Origin: Folioceros fuciformis
Lineage: Eukaryota
Length of the DNA: 41,005 nt
Assembly (NCBI GenBank): GCA_049999805.1
Contig: JBNGIO010006272.1
Coordinates: 147,638-188,642, forward strand
Reading direction: 5' to 3'
The notes under the pieces were generated by a model. That model saw only the letters and a program-made list of their open reading frames with translations. It ran no database searches and was not told where the DNA came from. The translations under genes were made by a program, and so were the position numbers. How positions within the stretch are numbered: the first letter of the stretch is position 1; the number at the start of each line of letters is the position of its first letter. Shown one piece after another: positions 1-11,100 of the stretch.

Positions 1-627
1 AGTATCTGGAGGCGGCGGTGACGGTGACGGGGAAGGAGGAGGAGGCGGAGGTGGAGGGGACGGGGAAGGAGGGGACGGCGAGGACGAAGAGGACGAGGAG
101 GAAGAGGAGCGCGGGATGTCTGTGTCGCAGAAGCTTACCCTGGCATACGCGGCGGTGGTGGGAGGTGAGCTGCTTTTGCTGGTTTCTGATGTGATGCCGT
201 GGTTGGATTTGCGGCCTGGCTGATGGGAGGCTTCCTGGTGCAGCTGGTGGCTTGATGGGGTATCTCAAGAGCGGGAGCACCAAGTCCCTAGCGTCGGGGT
301 TGGCTTCCGCTGGGGTTTTGGTGTATGTGTATACGCAGCTGCCCGCGAACCCGATTTTCGCATCTTCGATTGGGCTCGGTGAGAAGAGGCTGTGTGCCAT
401 TGCTTGTTTGCGCATGCTCCGTGTGATGTTCGGCTGCCTCGGAATGTTTAGCGCTTTTTGTTGTTGATTTGGCAGGTGTGTCAGTTGCGCTTCTCACTGT
501 GATGGGAACCAGGTTTCGGAATTCTGGGAAGGTAATGCCTGCTGGATTGGTTGCCCTACTTTCGTTCATCATGTCGGGAGGGTATGTGCACGGTATTATG
601 CGGAGTGGACATTCGGCTACCGCCTGA
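1..627 (+). CDS. FAX: Fatty acid export (FAX)/TMEM14-family membrane protein, 5'-truncated; exons <1-165, 244-378, 476-627
   Basis: Spliced translation gives a Gly/Asp/Glu-rich linker then MSVSQKLTLAYAAVVG|AGGLMGYLKSGSTKSL...|VSVALLTVMGTRFRNSGKVMPAGLVALLSFIMSGGYVHGIMRS, the TMEM14 signature as in plastid FAX proteins. GT-AG introns; TGA at 625-627. Confidence 0.9.
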
Positions 628-1309
628 ATCGAGAGTTGAAGAGCGTTTCCGATAATTTCAGCTTGCTATCTGCATTTTGCGCTTCAGTTGCAGCTGGAAT
701 TGAAGCATGTCTGCGGATGTGCAAGTTGGAAGTTGTAACTGATCTTTCGCTGTAAGTACATAATAGAAAGTACATCTTTTTGTAAACAGTATGAAAACTT
801 GAAATCACATTTGTAGCATCGTCTCCAGTTTGCAGGGATTTTGCACAATCCCACGATCGCATCTGCTCACATACAATCAAGACAAGTAGACTGTGGCTAA
901 CACGGAAACATTTCCCGTGGGAATTGACATTCAAACGCACAGTCAATTGATGTGGCTTACTGCAGCTACCAAGAGCTCAGCAAACGATCAGTCGTGCGGA
1001 CTGTTGAACGGTTACTAGGAACAGCCATATGCAACCTACATTCGCACGAACTTCACCAGAGTGCAGTCTACAACACACGAGATACGTCCCGCCTCACGAA
1101 GATCTGTTTACTGTTTTCTTGTTCCAGAACAAAAGGACCAACGAAATTCAGCAGCAGACGGAGCCCTAGCCCTACCCTCTAGCAAACAAACTAGAAAGGA
1201 CCCTGGAAGGCTCCTTCTTCCACATGCTTAGAAAGCAGTCACAAATTTAACATAGCGAAGAACAGAAAGGACACAGCGGAACAAGACGGCCGATAGATCC
1301 CCAAAGAAA

Positions 1310-1331
1310 GGGTGGTGTTCAAAAAACACCA
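1310..1331 (-). other. Histone 3'-UTR stem-loop-like element
   Basis: mRNA sense TGGTGTT-TTTTG-AACACCA-CCC, about 52 nt after the H4 stop. GG...CC stem base, U-rich loop, followed by ACCC. The loop is 5 nt rather than the canonical 4. Confidence 0.55.
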
Positions 1332-1382
1332 TGATAGAACCGACAGAAATCTGCCGAGGTACCAACGGTAGCCCCGCTCTGC

Positions 1383-1730
<348 letters not shown>

Positions 1731-1906
1731 TCAAGCAAAGTTGAGGACTCCCGCCCAGCTCTCCGCTCTCCCACTGGCGGCCAAGTAGCGGTTCACTGCC
1801 AACAGAACGACAGCTCAAGAACAAGAGACGAAGACGAGAATTGGAGTTGCTCCCGGATGCTAGACAACACACAGCGCGAGAATGAGAATGGCGCCTTCGG
1901 TTCCGT

Positions 1907-2043
1907 CTATTTATCCACGACGGGGATAGAAGGGGTCGGGGCCGGCCCGGGTAGCAATGGAACCTTACCGCGACGTTTGAACGGCCAATTCCCGCGCTCA
2001 TCCAGATTCAAAGTTCAAAACTTTTGAACTTAGCCGCGGAGCA
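1907..2043 (-). promoter_or_regulatory. H4 promoter: TATA-like ATAAATAG, CCAAT, E2F-like site, four TTTGAA (CHR-like) hexamers, octamer-like GCTCCGCG
   Basis: ATAAATAG at ~1914-1907; TTCCCGCGC 1989-1997; TTTGAA/TTCAAA at 1976, 2007, 2014 and 2023; CGCGGAGC at ~2035-2042, one mismatch from the plant histone octamer CGCGGATC. Confidence 0.55.
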
Positions 2044-2549
2044 CACATCTTTACGCTCGTACTGCGGTGGACAAGCGTGAGGCAGCGAGAGGAAACGAGG
2101 TTGATAATCAAGAAGAAGATACTGCAAGACTGCATCACAAGTTCAAGTTAGGGTTTTCTACATGATCAAAGGTTTTTTTTAGGGCTATGTTCAAGTGGCT
2201 ACTTGCCCTCAACTATGGCTGGCTGTAATGTGTGCTAGAATGTAGCCTTAGAGCTCCATCTGCAAGGGTCTTAATTGAATGCTTGAGTGTGGATAACGTC
2301 TAGGACATCACACCAAGGCAAGGACAACATGGAAGAAGGGAGGAGGCCAAATATGCAAGGGTGACTTTTGCTTCCTTATGGTTCGAGCTGTGAGCACATG
2401 CTAGAGAATTGGTTTTAGGTTAGGCCTAGGGTTAGGGATCCTTGTAGTGTGCAGTTTTGGCTATTATAACATACCGTTGGGCATTGTTCTTTTGGCTTGG
2501 GTTAGGTCTAGGGGTACTTGTAGTATGCAATCCTTGTCTCTTGTTATAA

Positions 2550-2817
2550 CTTTTAGTGAAGGTTAGCCTCCTTTCCCCAATTCACATTGCGTTTCCACAT
2601 TGAATTTAGTAGAGTTGCCACTCTTGGTGGAGGTTGGCCTCCTCGTTCTATTCACAATGCCCTTGCACATTAAATTTGGTACAGTTGTAGCTTTTAGTGG
2701 AGGTTGGTCTCCTCTCCCTATTCACAATGCCCTTCCACATTGAATATGGTAGAGTTGTAGCTTTTAGTGGAGGTTGGCCTCCTCTCCCTATTCACAATGC
2801 CCTTCCACATTGAATTC
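2550..2817. repeat. ~70-bp minisatellite, ~3.8 copies
   Basis: Unit cttttagtggaggttggcctcctctccctattcacaatgcccttccacattgaa...gttgtag starts at ~2550, 2621, 2691 and 2761. Confidence 0.9.
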
Positions 2818-3065
2818 GATATAACCAATATATATTGGTAGGTAAGGTGCCTCCATAAATGTATTATGCAACATGAAGTGTGTTATGTGTTTTGAAGTGG
2901 GCTTGCAAAGTGTTGGTCAATTTTAAGCTACCTTGGCACCATATGAGAATGCTATACTGATTTCACTCAATTTTTAAGGGAATGTTATATTATTATTTAC
3001 CCGGGTTTTGCGTCCATCCATATGTTGGATGTCTTCCGGGCTATCCAGAAACACAAATCTTGTGC

Positions 3066-3112
3066 CTGCCATATCTTCTACATATGTAAAGCTTATGTAG
3101 AAGATATGGCAG
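3066..3112. repeat. Perfect 19-bp inverted repeat with 9-nt loop
   Basis: CTGCCATATCTTCTACATA (3066-3084) pairs with TATGTAGAAGATATGGCAG (3094-3112). Confidence 0.9.
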
Positions 3113-3292
3113 CCATATAAATAATATAATGTACAAGATGTAATATATTCTAATTCAGCACATCAAAAGTGAAAAAGAAAAAGCACTCACACCGACCCAC
3201 AGAGTATTGGACGAAGTACTGCGATGCCATACAGTAATCTTGCCGTCAAGACAAGTAAGGCATTCACTAATTTTGGCTTACACAGCCGAACC

Positions 3293-3519
3293 ATGTAGCG
3301 CTTCTGCTGTGAGTTGTTTTAAGACGGACTCCTCAGGATGTAGTACTTCAAGCGTGAGCTCTGCTAAGACGGACTGGCAAGGATGTAATACTTCAGGTGT
3401 GAGTTCTTCTAACAAGGACTGGAAGAATGTAGCACATCCGGAGTGAGTTGTTCTACAACGGACTGGTAAGGATGTAGCCCTTCGGGACTCGGTTCTTCCA
3501 AAACGGACTGGTAAGGATC
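3293..3519. repeat. 45-bp tandem repeat, 5 units
   Basis: Unit starts at 3293, 3338, 3383, 3427 and 3472 (one unit is 44 bp). Shared core acggactgg(t/c)aaggatgtag. Confidence 0.9.
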
Positions 3520-4101
3520 ACATTTCTCCTGCTTAGCCCATGGGCAAGATCGCAGGCTTCACCGCTGAGATTCGATATTCGTTGCCACTTAAAGTCGCAC
3601 GTTTGATAGGCAGCCTATCATTGACAGCTCAGGAATAGGAGAGGTGTATTTCACTCCAGCTTTCGAACCATGAGCAAACTGCCACTCCTTCAAACCCTTC
3701 CATAATACTACCTGCCAAGCACGCACATTCGGGAGGCGTAAGTCTCTTTCACACTGTCCAGTGACGAGATTCCAGTGCAATAAAGAAATGTTGGGGCTGC
3801 CTCTTCCTAAGTTGAATGCAATCTACAAGCATGAACCCTTACCTTTCCTGAACAGCAGGTTCAAGTGGAACTGTCATTATGACTTCTTTCCCGCTATTGC
3901 GCACGAGCTGCTACTATGTCACCACCAGCACCAGAGGCCTAGAAATTGTTGAATCGTCATCGACGTACCTCACCTATATGAAAGCCAGAGGGTTAGAGAG
4001 TCTTCGGATAACCTGTCTCCACGGTCAAGATCTTTGAGCACATTAATCCGACAGCATCAGCAAGACAAATGAAGAAAAGATGTGCTCACTGTGATCCGAC
4101 A
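3511..4101 (-). pseudogene. Inverted, degenerate partial duplicate of the SYT6 gene (end of one exon, two exons and two introns)
   Basis: Minus strand reads VRYVDDDSTI...DIVAARA...KEVIMTVPLEPA (3973-3843) and ...LKEWQFAHGSKA...SMIGCLS*...CDPY (3711-3511), matching SYT6 exons 10396-10530 and 10656-10886. Contains frameshifts and stops; intron sequence is also similar. Confidence 0.85.
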
Positions 4102-4401
4102 CCCGGAAGCCCTGTTGCAGGCTTAGTTCAGGCATGATCCAGAACGAGTATGACACGGCCACAACGAGTGAATCAATGGTCTCAGCCTTGTGAATTCACC
4201 CTTCCAAAAATCGAACGGCCCGGAAATTCAACCGATTCTCCAGACCAAACTCAACAACAACCATCTCCTCACGACGAAGAACCGGTCCTGCCAGCAGAAG
4301 AAAGTGCAGCCAATCCTGCCGGCAGCATAGATCCCCGCATTCCCCCTAAGCACCTTTCTAATGGTTGCGGTGTCTTCTGACGAGAATTTCACCATCACGC
4401 A

Positions 4402-5419
4402 TTAACTTTCGAAATTCCAGCCTCTTTCCTTCCTCCTCTTTATTATCTCATGGGCCGTGTTGAACACTCCATTTGTAGCCTTGTTACATACAAAGCAAAC
4501 CTTGCTCCTTGCGTGATGCTGCAGCAGATAACACAAATCAGCCCACAGACCATGATCCACAGAAAAAAAAGACAAAAGAAACAACACCAGAGGCAAAACA
4601 GCACAACCAACCAACCTTCAGAGCACAGTGCTCGCAGAAATAGTGCTTGCAAAGAGTTACAACAGGCTCCTGAAAAGGCTGCCGACAGATAAAACAGGCA
4701 AAAGGAAGGCCATCGTCATCCACCTCCTCACCATCCTCCTCCTCCTCATCCTCGCCCCCCGACCTTGCCAGCTTCGCCTTCCGTTCCTTCTCCTTCAACT
4801 CCCACTCCTTCTCTATCTGCCACCCCGACTTGTAATCCCCTCTGTCATGCATGAACTTGCAGGAATCCCCGTACCCGCAGTACCCAGTCTCCTTGTAGTC
4901 CTTGCAAATGTCTGGCTGGTAATCAAATCTAACAGATGACCTAATATGGGCTGAAGCTCTGAGCGGCCCATGCGCACCTCCAGCCTTCTCCCCGGCGACC
5001 GTCTGCTCCCTCCGAAACCCGGCCTTGTAATCTGTATAGCCGTGAATTCCCTTATAAATCTTGCTCTCCGTGGACGCCTTCCCTTTGAGCGCATCCTCCG
5101 CCTGCCTCAGCACCTTCTCCCGTATAGCCCTCGCATCCCTATCGAACTCCGTCTCCGTCTCCCGGGTGGCTGTGGCCTTGCTGTCGTTCTGCGTTTGAAC
5201 CTCCTTCGACGACTCGAAGAAAAACGTCCCCTCCTTCCTCTCCAGCTCCCCGTCCTGCTCCTCCGCTGCCGTCCTCCCGGGTCTCCTGGCCACCTTAGCC
5301 TTGGACACTACGGTAGCAAGGCCTGCTCCAGCTGCATCCTCCTCCCCACCCTCGTCCTGAGTCCTCTTCCGCAGGTTCTTGTTGCGCACAGACTTCTTGA
5401 AAAATGTGCAAGCTGCCAT
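4402..5419 (-). CDS. CWC24: Spliceosomal CCCH + RING zinc finger protein (CWC24/RNF113A); exons 5419-4616, 4518-4402
   Basis: [51 protein letters not shown] (CCCH) and [12 protein letters not shown]...[23 protein letters not shown] (RING). One GT-AG intron. Confidence 0.95.
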
Positions 5420-5830
5420 CGCACAGCAAACAGAGCCGTCAGAAACCACGCTCCTCCTCAGTAACGAAAAAACACACACACACAGGCATACTTTTCTGAG
5501 AAGCCTCAGCCTCCGGTGCACCGCCTGGCTGCTGGGTTTGCTCGTCCATGCCAGAATCTCCGAGCTGCCGACGATGCGTCTTCAGGAGACTGACGTATTG
5601 AACCCTAGATTGCCCAATTTACTTACTCGCAGCACTCTCTTTAGGCACCCATCTTTAGTCTACTGCGATTTATTTCAGTTTTATTTATTTTCATTTCATA
5701 AAATACTGTGAATAATTGGGACACCACGTATAGGCGGGTTGGCCTCGCTAGGCTCGCATGTTCAGACCAACAAGGTGCAAACATGTGTAGATCTGCGTAG
5801 CCCTGACGGTGTTGTGAGGCCAGGAAACAC

Positions 5831-6241
5831 AAGTGGCAGTCTTGTCTGATACAATCTACCATCAAACATCAGCAAAGATGCTGCCACGAACGCCATAAGA
5901 CCACAGCATTACTCTGTCGCTTCCCGCTGGCAACAGATGGTGGCGGATGACTCTTTTTCTGTTTGCGGAAGTGACAGTCTTGTCTGATACCATCTACCAT
6001 CGTTCAGGATTGTGTGTGTTGATGGGAGTAAAGAGTGCCTTCTAAAACCTTGAAGCGAACATCTTGCATCCGGCCGGGATCGGAGTGCAAGATGCTTCAA
6101 GACGGCTGTCGTGCAATTTCCAGACTCAGCCAAACATCAGCAAAGACGCTGCCACGAACGCCATAAGACCACAGCATTACTCTGCCGCTTCCCGCTGGCA
6201 ACAGATGGTGGCGGATGACTCTTTTACTGTTTGCGGAAGTG
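5831..6241. repeat. Interleaved direct duplications (110 bp x2; ~33 bp x2)
   Basis: 5864-5973 matches 6132-6241 with 3 mismatches; 5831-5863 matches 5969-6001 with 2 mismatches. Confidence 0.9.
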
Positions 6242-8192
6242 GATTAGAAGTTCACATATTCGAAGGGTTTGAGGACGGATCTCTCGAGATCCATGTCTGT
6301 GCCTTATCTTACTTTCCGTCAGACCGGTCTCGTTTTCCAGTTCGTCCGCGACCGTGCGTCACATCAGGATTCGGGTGCACGTCCCTCGATATTGCGCTTT
6401 CCTGTGTGCTGGATGTAACAGACCAGCAGCGACCTGAATTTGGTTCAATGCCTTTCATGAAGAACGTGCATCTGCTTCAGCTGTGATGGCCGCGCACCTG
6501 CATGATTTACAGCTAGGGTATGATGGCATCAGAAACCCTACGATCATTGGAACTTGCGGCTTGCAAGTGCCAGCAGTCATGGTTGCCGTGCTAGACCACG
6601 CTGGAGCATGCTGACGGATGCAGCGGAGACTATCTTCTACGAGCGCGAATGGTGGTCTGAGGAACCTTTTCACGGGATCTATTCCACAGGTTGAATATAT
6701 ATTGCCTTCCAAGCCAAGCAGTTGCGAGGATAGATCACGCACTGCTGGTCCAGATTCCTCACAGCGAGAAAGGATACATACATTCTTACGGTTGATGCTA
6801 CCGAACGGGATTCAGGTGGAGTGTCCTGTCCGGACAGGAACGTGCTCGGGACAGGGAAGCTTCTGAAGCAGGTACCTTCTAGCATATCCTACAGCGGCAG
6901 CGGCATATGCGTCGGTGCGAGGGTGCCGCGTTCCTCTGACTGCTGGTGCTGTTGACCGCTCGACGTTAGTGGGCTCAACCGGGACTGGACTCACACCGAG
7001 TGCCTGGTCAGCTGAAGCAGTCAAAACGCGTTAGTTTGTTCCCTTAACAGAAGACTTAACTTTTGAGCTTGCTCTAAAAACGATGGCGGGGAGTTGATTC
7101 ATTCTTCTAGACGCATAATAAGGGGATCATATTCCGCTTCCGATCCCACTGTGTTGATTTGTTAGACCGATGCCAACACGACGGGGTCTGGGCAACGGAG
7201 TGTTTATCGGCCTCCTGCTGCGCTGGGCACTCGTGTGGGCGGTGCTCAGGTCCTGAGCAGGTAGTGCGCAATGGAGGGGCTTGCTTCAAGGGAGTAGGGA
7301 CGAGATTCCGGAGCGGCGGATCCAGCCGCACCCAGAGGCAGCGTGGAGCCAGGGTTTCAGGAATTGAGGGCCGGGCGTTGCATTGCGCAGCTGGTTGCAA
7401 TTGGGTGCAATTGTCCAGGGTAGGGTCACGCAGATCGCGGGGCCGCTGACTAGACTTTCATTTTTGGATCTGATAAGCGAGGATGAGCTAGCTGGGCGGC
7501 AGCGGCAGTGGGTGTGGCAGCAGCAGTTTTGCAGTAGGGATGGAGCTGGTGCGGGAAGTGGGGTGGTGGATCTGACGTGCCGGCGAAGCTGGATTTTTGG
7601 TAGGTGGCGGGCTAGCACGCCGAAAGTTGGCCGTGTCAGCGGGGTTCGGTTGAGCTGGAGATTGAGCTTTGGTGCGGGAGGCTTGGATGACAGGTGCGAG
7701 TTTCGTGCGGCTGGTGGTGGGATGCGGCTCTGAATCAGGTGGCGGATTAGAGGATTTTGGGCAGCAGGGAAGGATATGTATATACGGGCTCGTGCTTGTT
7801 GCAACGGACTGTGAAATGGGCCTAGCAGGGATGCGGGGACGTATCCAGCAGGCAGGATTGGCTGTAGCTGCACCAGCTGCTATCACAGGTTCTGCATTTT
7901 GAGGACATGGTTGTTGCTAGATTTGTCAAGGCGGATTTTTCCATTCGGGCCGTTGCTTCATTTTGGGACGGTGAATTCGCAAGGCTGAGTTCATCGTCGC
8001 ACGGGTTGTGGTCCGCCGTGTATGACCAGACGCTGTACTAGATCAGGGGACGTGTCCGTATAGTCCCGCAGGCCTCCACTCAGGTGCACACAGCACGCCT
8101 GTGCGAGCAGGCGCCGGGTAGTGGAGAACATCTCGAGATCTGCGCCCAGCGTAGGGCTTAGACAGGCGGAGTGAAGGTTGTAAACTATCAGA

Positions 8193-11100
8193 ATGAAACG
8201 AGGTGTGGCAGCAGGAGTGATGGCAAGCGGGCAGGAGATGTGGCGGGACCTAGTTGAAGAGAAGCCTATGCTGCCCTATCTCCTTCCGATAGTCCTGTTT
8301 GCATGGTTCGTTGAGAGATGGATAGCTCCTCTATCAAATTTGATACCTTTGCTGGTCATTGCTTGGGGAGTTCTTGAGGTACCGGAATTTTGGTCGGAGG
8401 CTGTTCATGCAGTTTCACGTGCTGTGTTTTTCTGATCATGATTTTCAGTTGAAGTCCTTAATATGTTTGTGTTCACCGCTTCTTCAGTATGGAAAGATAA
8501 AACGTAAGCAGACCATAGAAGAACTCTATCGAAGATGGCAACGTCAGTTTCAGTTAAATCAGGTGTGTGCTTTAATCTGGGTGCCGCTTTGGCTGTGAGC
8601 TATGTTCCTGCGTTCCGAGTCACACGAGTGTTCTCGGATTGTAAATCTTATACATGGGCTCAGTTATGGCTCTCCTGTGACAGCCAACCACGTCACTGGA
8701 ATCTTGCGAGTGGCTGAACAAGCTCTGGTTGACGGTGTGGCCCAATTTCTTTGAGCCGAAGATTGTTAGGAAACTGTTGAAGACAGTGCAGGTGGGGTCT
8801 CGAACTGCATTCCAAAATTCATATTCAGATTGAGGATATTGTACAGGGTTTTCAGCTGATTGCTCTCGTTTTTTGGAGCAGAAGAGAATAAAGGAGAAGC
8901 GACCAATGCCTATTGTGAGTTGTAGCAGACTTCACATTTTTAAGCCTCCACTCCAATTTTGTGATTGGCTAGTTCTCATTTGTGTGTAGTGCTAATGACG
9001 CCTTTGCGGTCACAGAAAAGCATTGAAGTACAGGATTTTTCACTCGGCACGGCTCCTCCAAGCTTAAGTCACATCCATTGGACCACTGAAAATGGTGTGG
9101 TGAGTACCTATTAAAGTAACTGTCTGCTGGTGCTTTCCCTGACCTTGCTGCCTGGGTAGGTTGTTCCTCTGTTGTATTCCAAGTAGGTTTTTTGTTTTTC
9201 TTTCCGTTGTGGAGGTAGGTTGAAGCTTCTCACGAGGCGCTAGTGTGTTGAAGGGGCTCAGTGTGTTTCACAATGTGCAGGCTGCCTTAAATATGTCATT
9301 TGACTGGGTAACCAATGAGATGAGCATCCTTCTTGCAGCAAAGTTGGCTGGCCCACTTAGAGGGAAGGTGGCACGGATTGTGATCAACAGTCTCCGCATA
9401 AAGGGCGATGTATGTATATAGCTCTACCAGGGATTTGACTAGTCTCTTGAGTTTTCAGTCTTCCCCAATGGGCAGAACTTGAGCGTCTTTGTCCTCCCTT
9501 TCAGCAGCGTGCAAAGTTTGCTATTTGGCATGATCAAGTTCTGCATTGAATCTGTATCCTAACACTTGGGGCTCCTGTTTTGTAGTTGCGAGTAGTGCCA
9601 ATTTTGGACGGGATGGCTGTGTTATACTCTTTTTGGACCCTACCAGAGGTGAAGATTGGCTTAGCGTTTGGAAGTGGCAACCAGACATCGGTCCCTGCAA
9701 CAGAACTTCCAGCTGTCTCGTCGTGGCTGGTTAGTGTGCCGGCAGCTAATTGTTGTTCTATTGTAAAGCTGGGACTCGGCACCTTTTCCAGTTGCTAGGT
9801 TGTGTGAGGTCTGTGGGTTTTGTGCAATGCTCTAATGGTTTTTTTTTGTATGGTCTGAAATTTAGGAGAAGCTGCTAAGAGATTCTTTGATTCGAACACT
9901 CGTTGAACCGCGGAGACGGTGTTTTGCGTTGCCAGCTGTTGACCTTAAAAAGCATGCAGTTGGTGGAATCTGCTCTGTGAACGTGCTTTCAGGAAAAGGT
10001 CTCAAGTTTAGACCAAACTTCAACAAGTCCAATTCTTCATCTGGGACTTCTTATGTTGGCCAGAGTTCAAGTATTAAAGTTACCAACCCGTTTGTTGAGC
10101 TACAACTGGAAGATCTTATGAGAAAGACACAAGTCTCCAAACAAGGAGGTGCATCTCCTACGTGGGCAGATAGTGACCCTTTTGATATGGTTCTGCATGA
10201 CAACACGGGCACTCTCAATATTACAATATGTGAGGCAGGGGCTGTCCATGTTGGATCTCTAGGAAGCTGTCAGATCAAAGTGAGCACAACACCTAACCAA
10301 AAGGCTTGCAGATGCTCTCAGCAGCAAGTTAGAATTGTTCTCGGCAGAAAAGACAGGATAATCATAGTCTTTCTCATCCTCTTGCTTGGATGTAGATGAG
10401 ATACGTGGATGACGATTCAACTATATTCTGGGCTGTGGATGTCGATGGTGGCATAGTCGCAGCTCGTGCGGAACACTGTGGGAAAGAAGTCAAAATGACT
10501 GTTCCACTTGAACCTGCTGACTCAGGAGAGGTAATGGTTCATGCTTTTAGATTGCATCCCACTTGGAAGAGGCATCCGGTACACTTAGTAACTGCACTGG
10601 AAGTACTGGACAGTGAGAATGACACTTTCTGCTCCCAACTGAGGGTTCTGTGCAGGTGGTAGTACGGTTGGTTTTGAAGGAGTGGCAGTTTGCAGATGGT
10701 TCGAAAGCCGTAGCAAATTATACTCCATCAGCTTCTAGTCTGCAGCAGTCGATGATTGGCGGCCTATCAAGTGTGGCGCCTCTGACTGGTAGGAAGATTC
10801 GAATCACAGCAGTTGAAGGCCGCAATCTTGCTCCCATGGACAAAACAGGGAAAAGTGATCCCTACCTCAAGCTTCATTATGGAAAGGTTAGTCTCTAAGT
10901 GGCCAGTCACGATCAGGCTGGAGTGCTTCCTTGCGTTATGGTCTCTTAAGGACAACTGTCTTGTGATGGCTCGTTTTGTGGTTCTTGGAAGTTGGCAGGC
11001 TTATGTTTGTACCAGCTCTGACTTGGATGAGACAAAATCATTGAGATGTTGGGAGCTTTGTTGGGTGTGGATCAGACTGTCAGGAAAACTAAAACCGTCA

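Noticed and set aside
2147-2440. TTAGGG-like words suggesting an interstitial telomere
   Set aside because: Only scattered single or double copies, not an array.
2550-3519. Tandem repeats as a CRISPR-like array
   Set aside because: Units are homologous along their whole length with no unique spacers; eukaryotic context and no cas genes.
6812-6814. In-frame TGA as selenocysteine
   Set aside because: No redox motif, no recognisable selenoprotein homology and no SECIS seen; land plants are not known to use Sec.
7107-7902. Several 77-195 aa ORFs on both strands upstream of SYT6
   Set aside because: Low-complexity GC-rich sequence with mostly non-ATG starts and no domain. More likely SYT6 5'UTR or intron (acceptor-like CCCGCAG at 8070).
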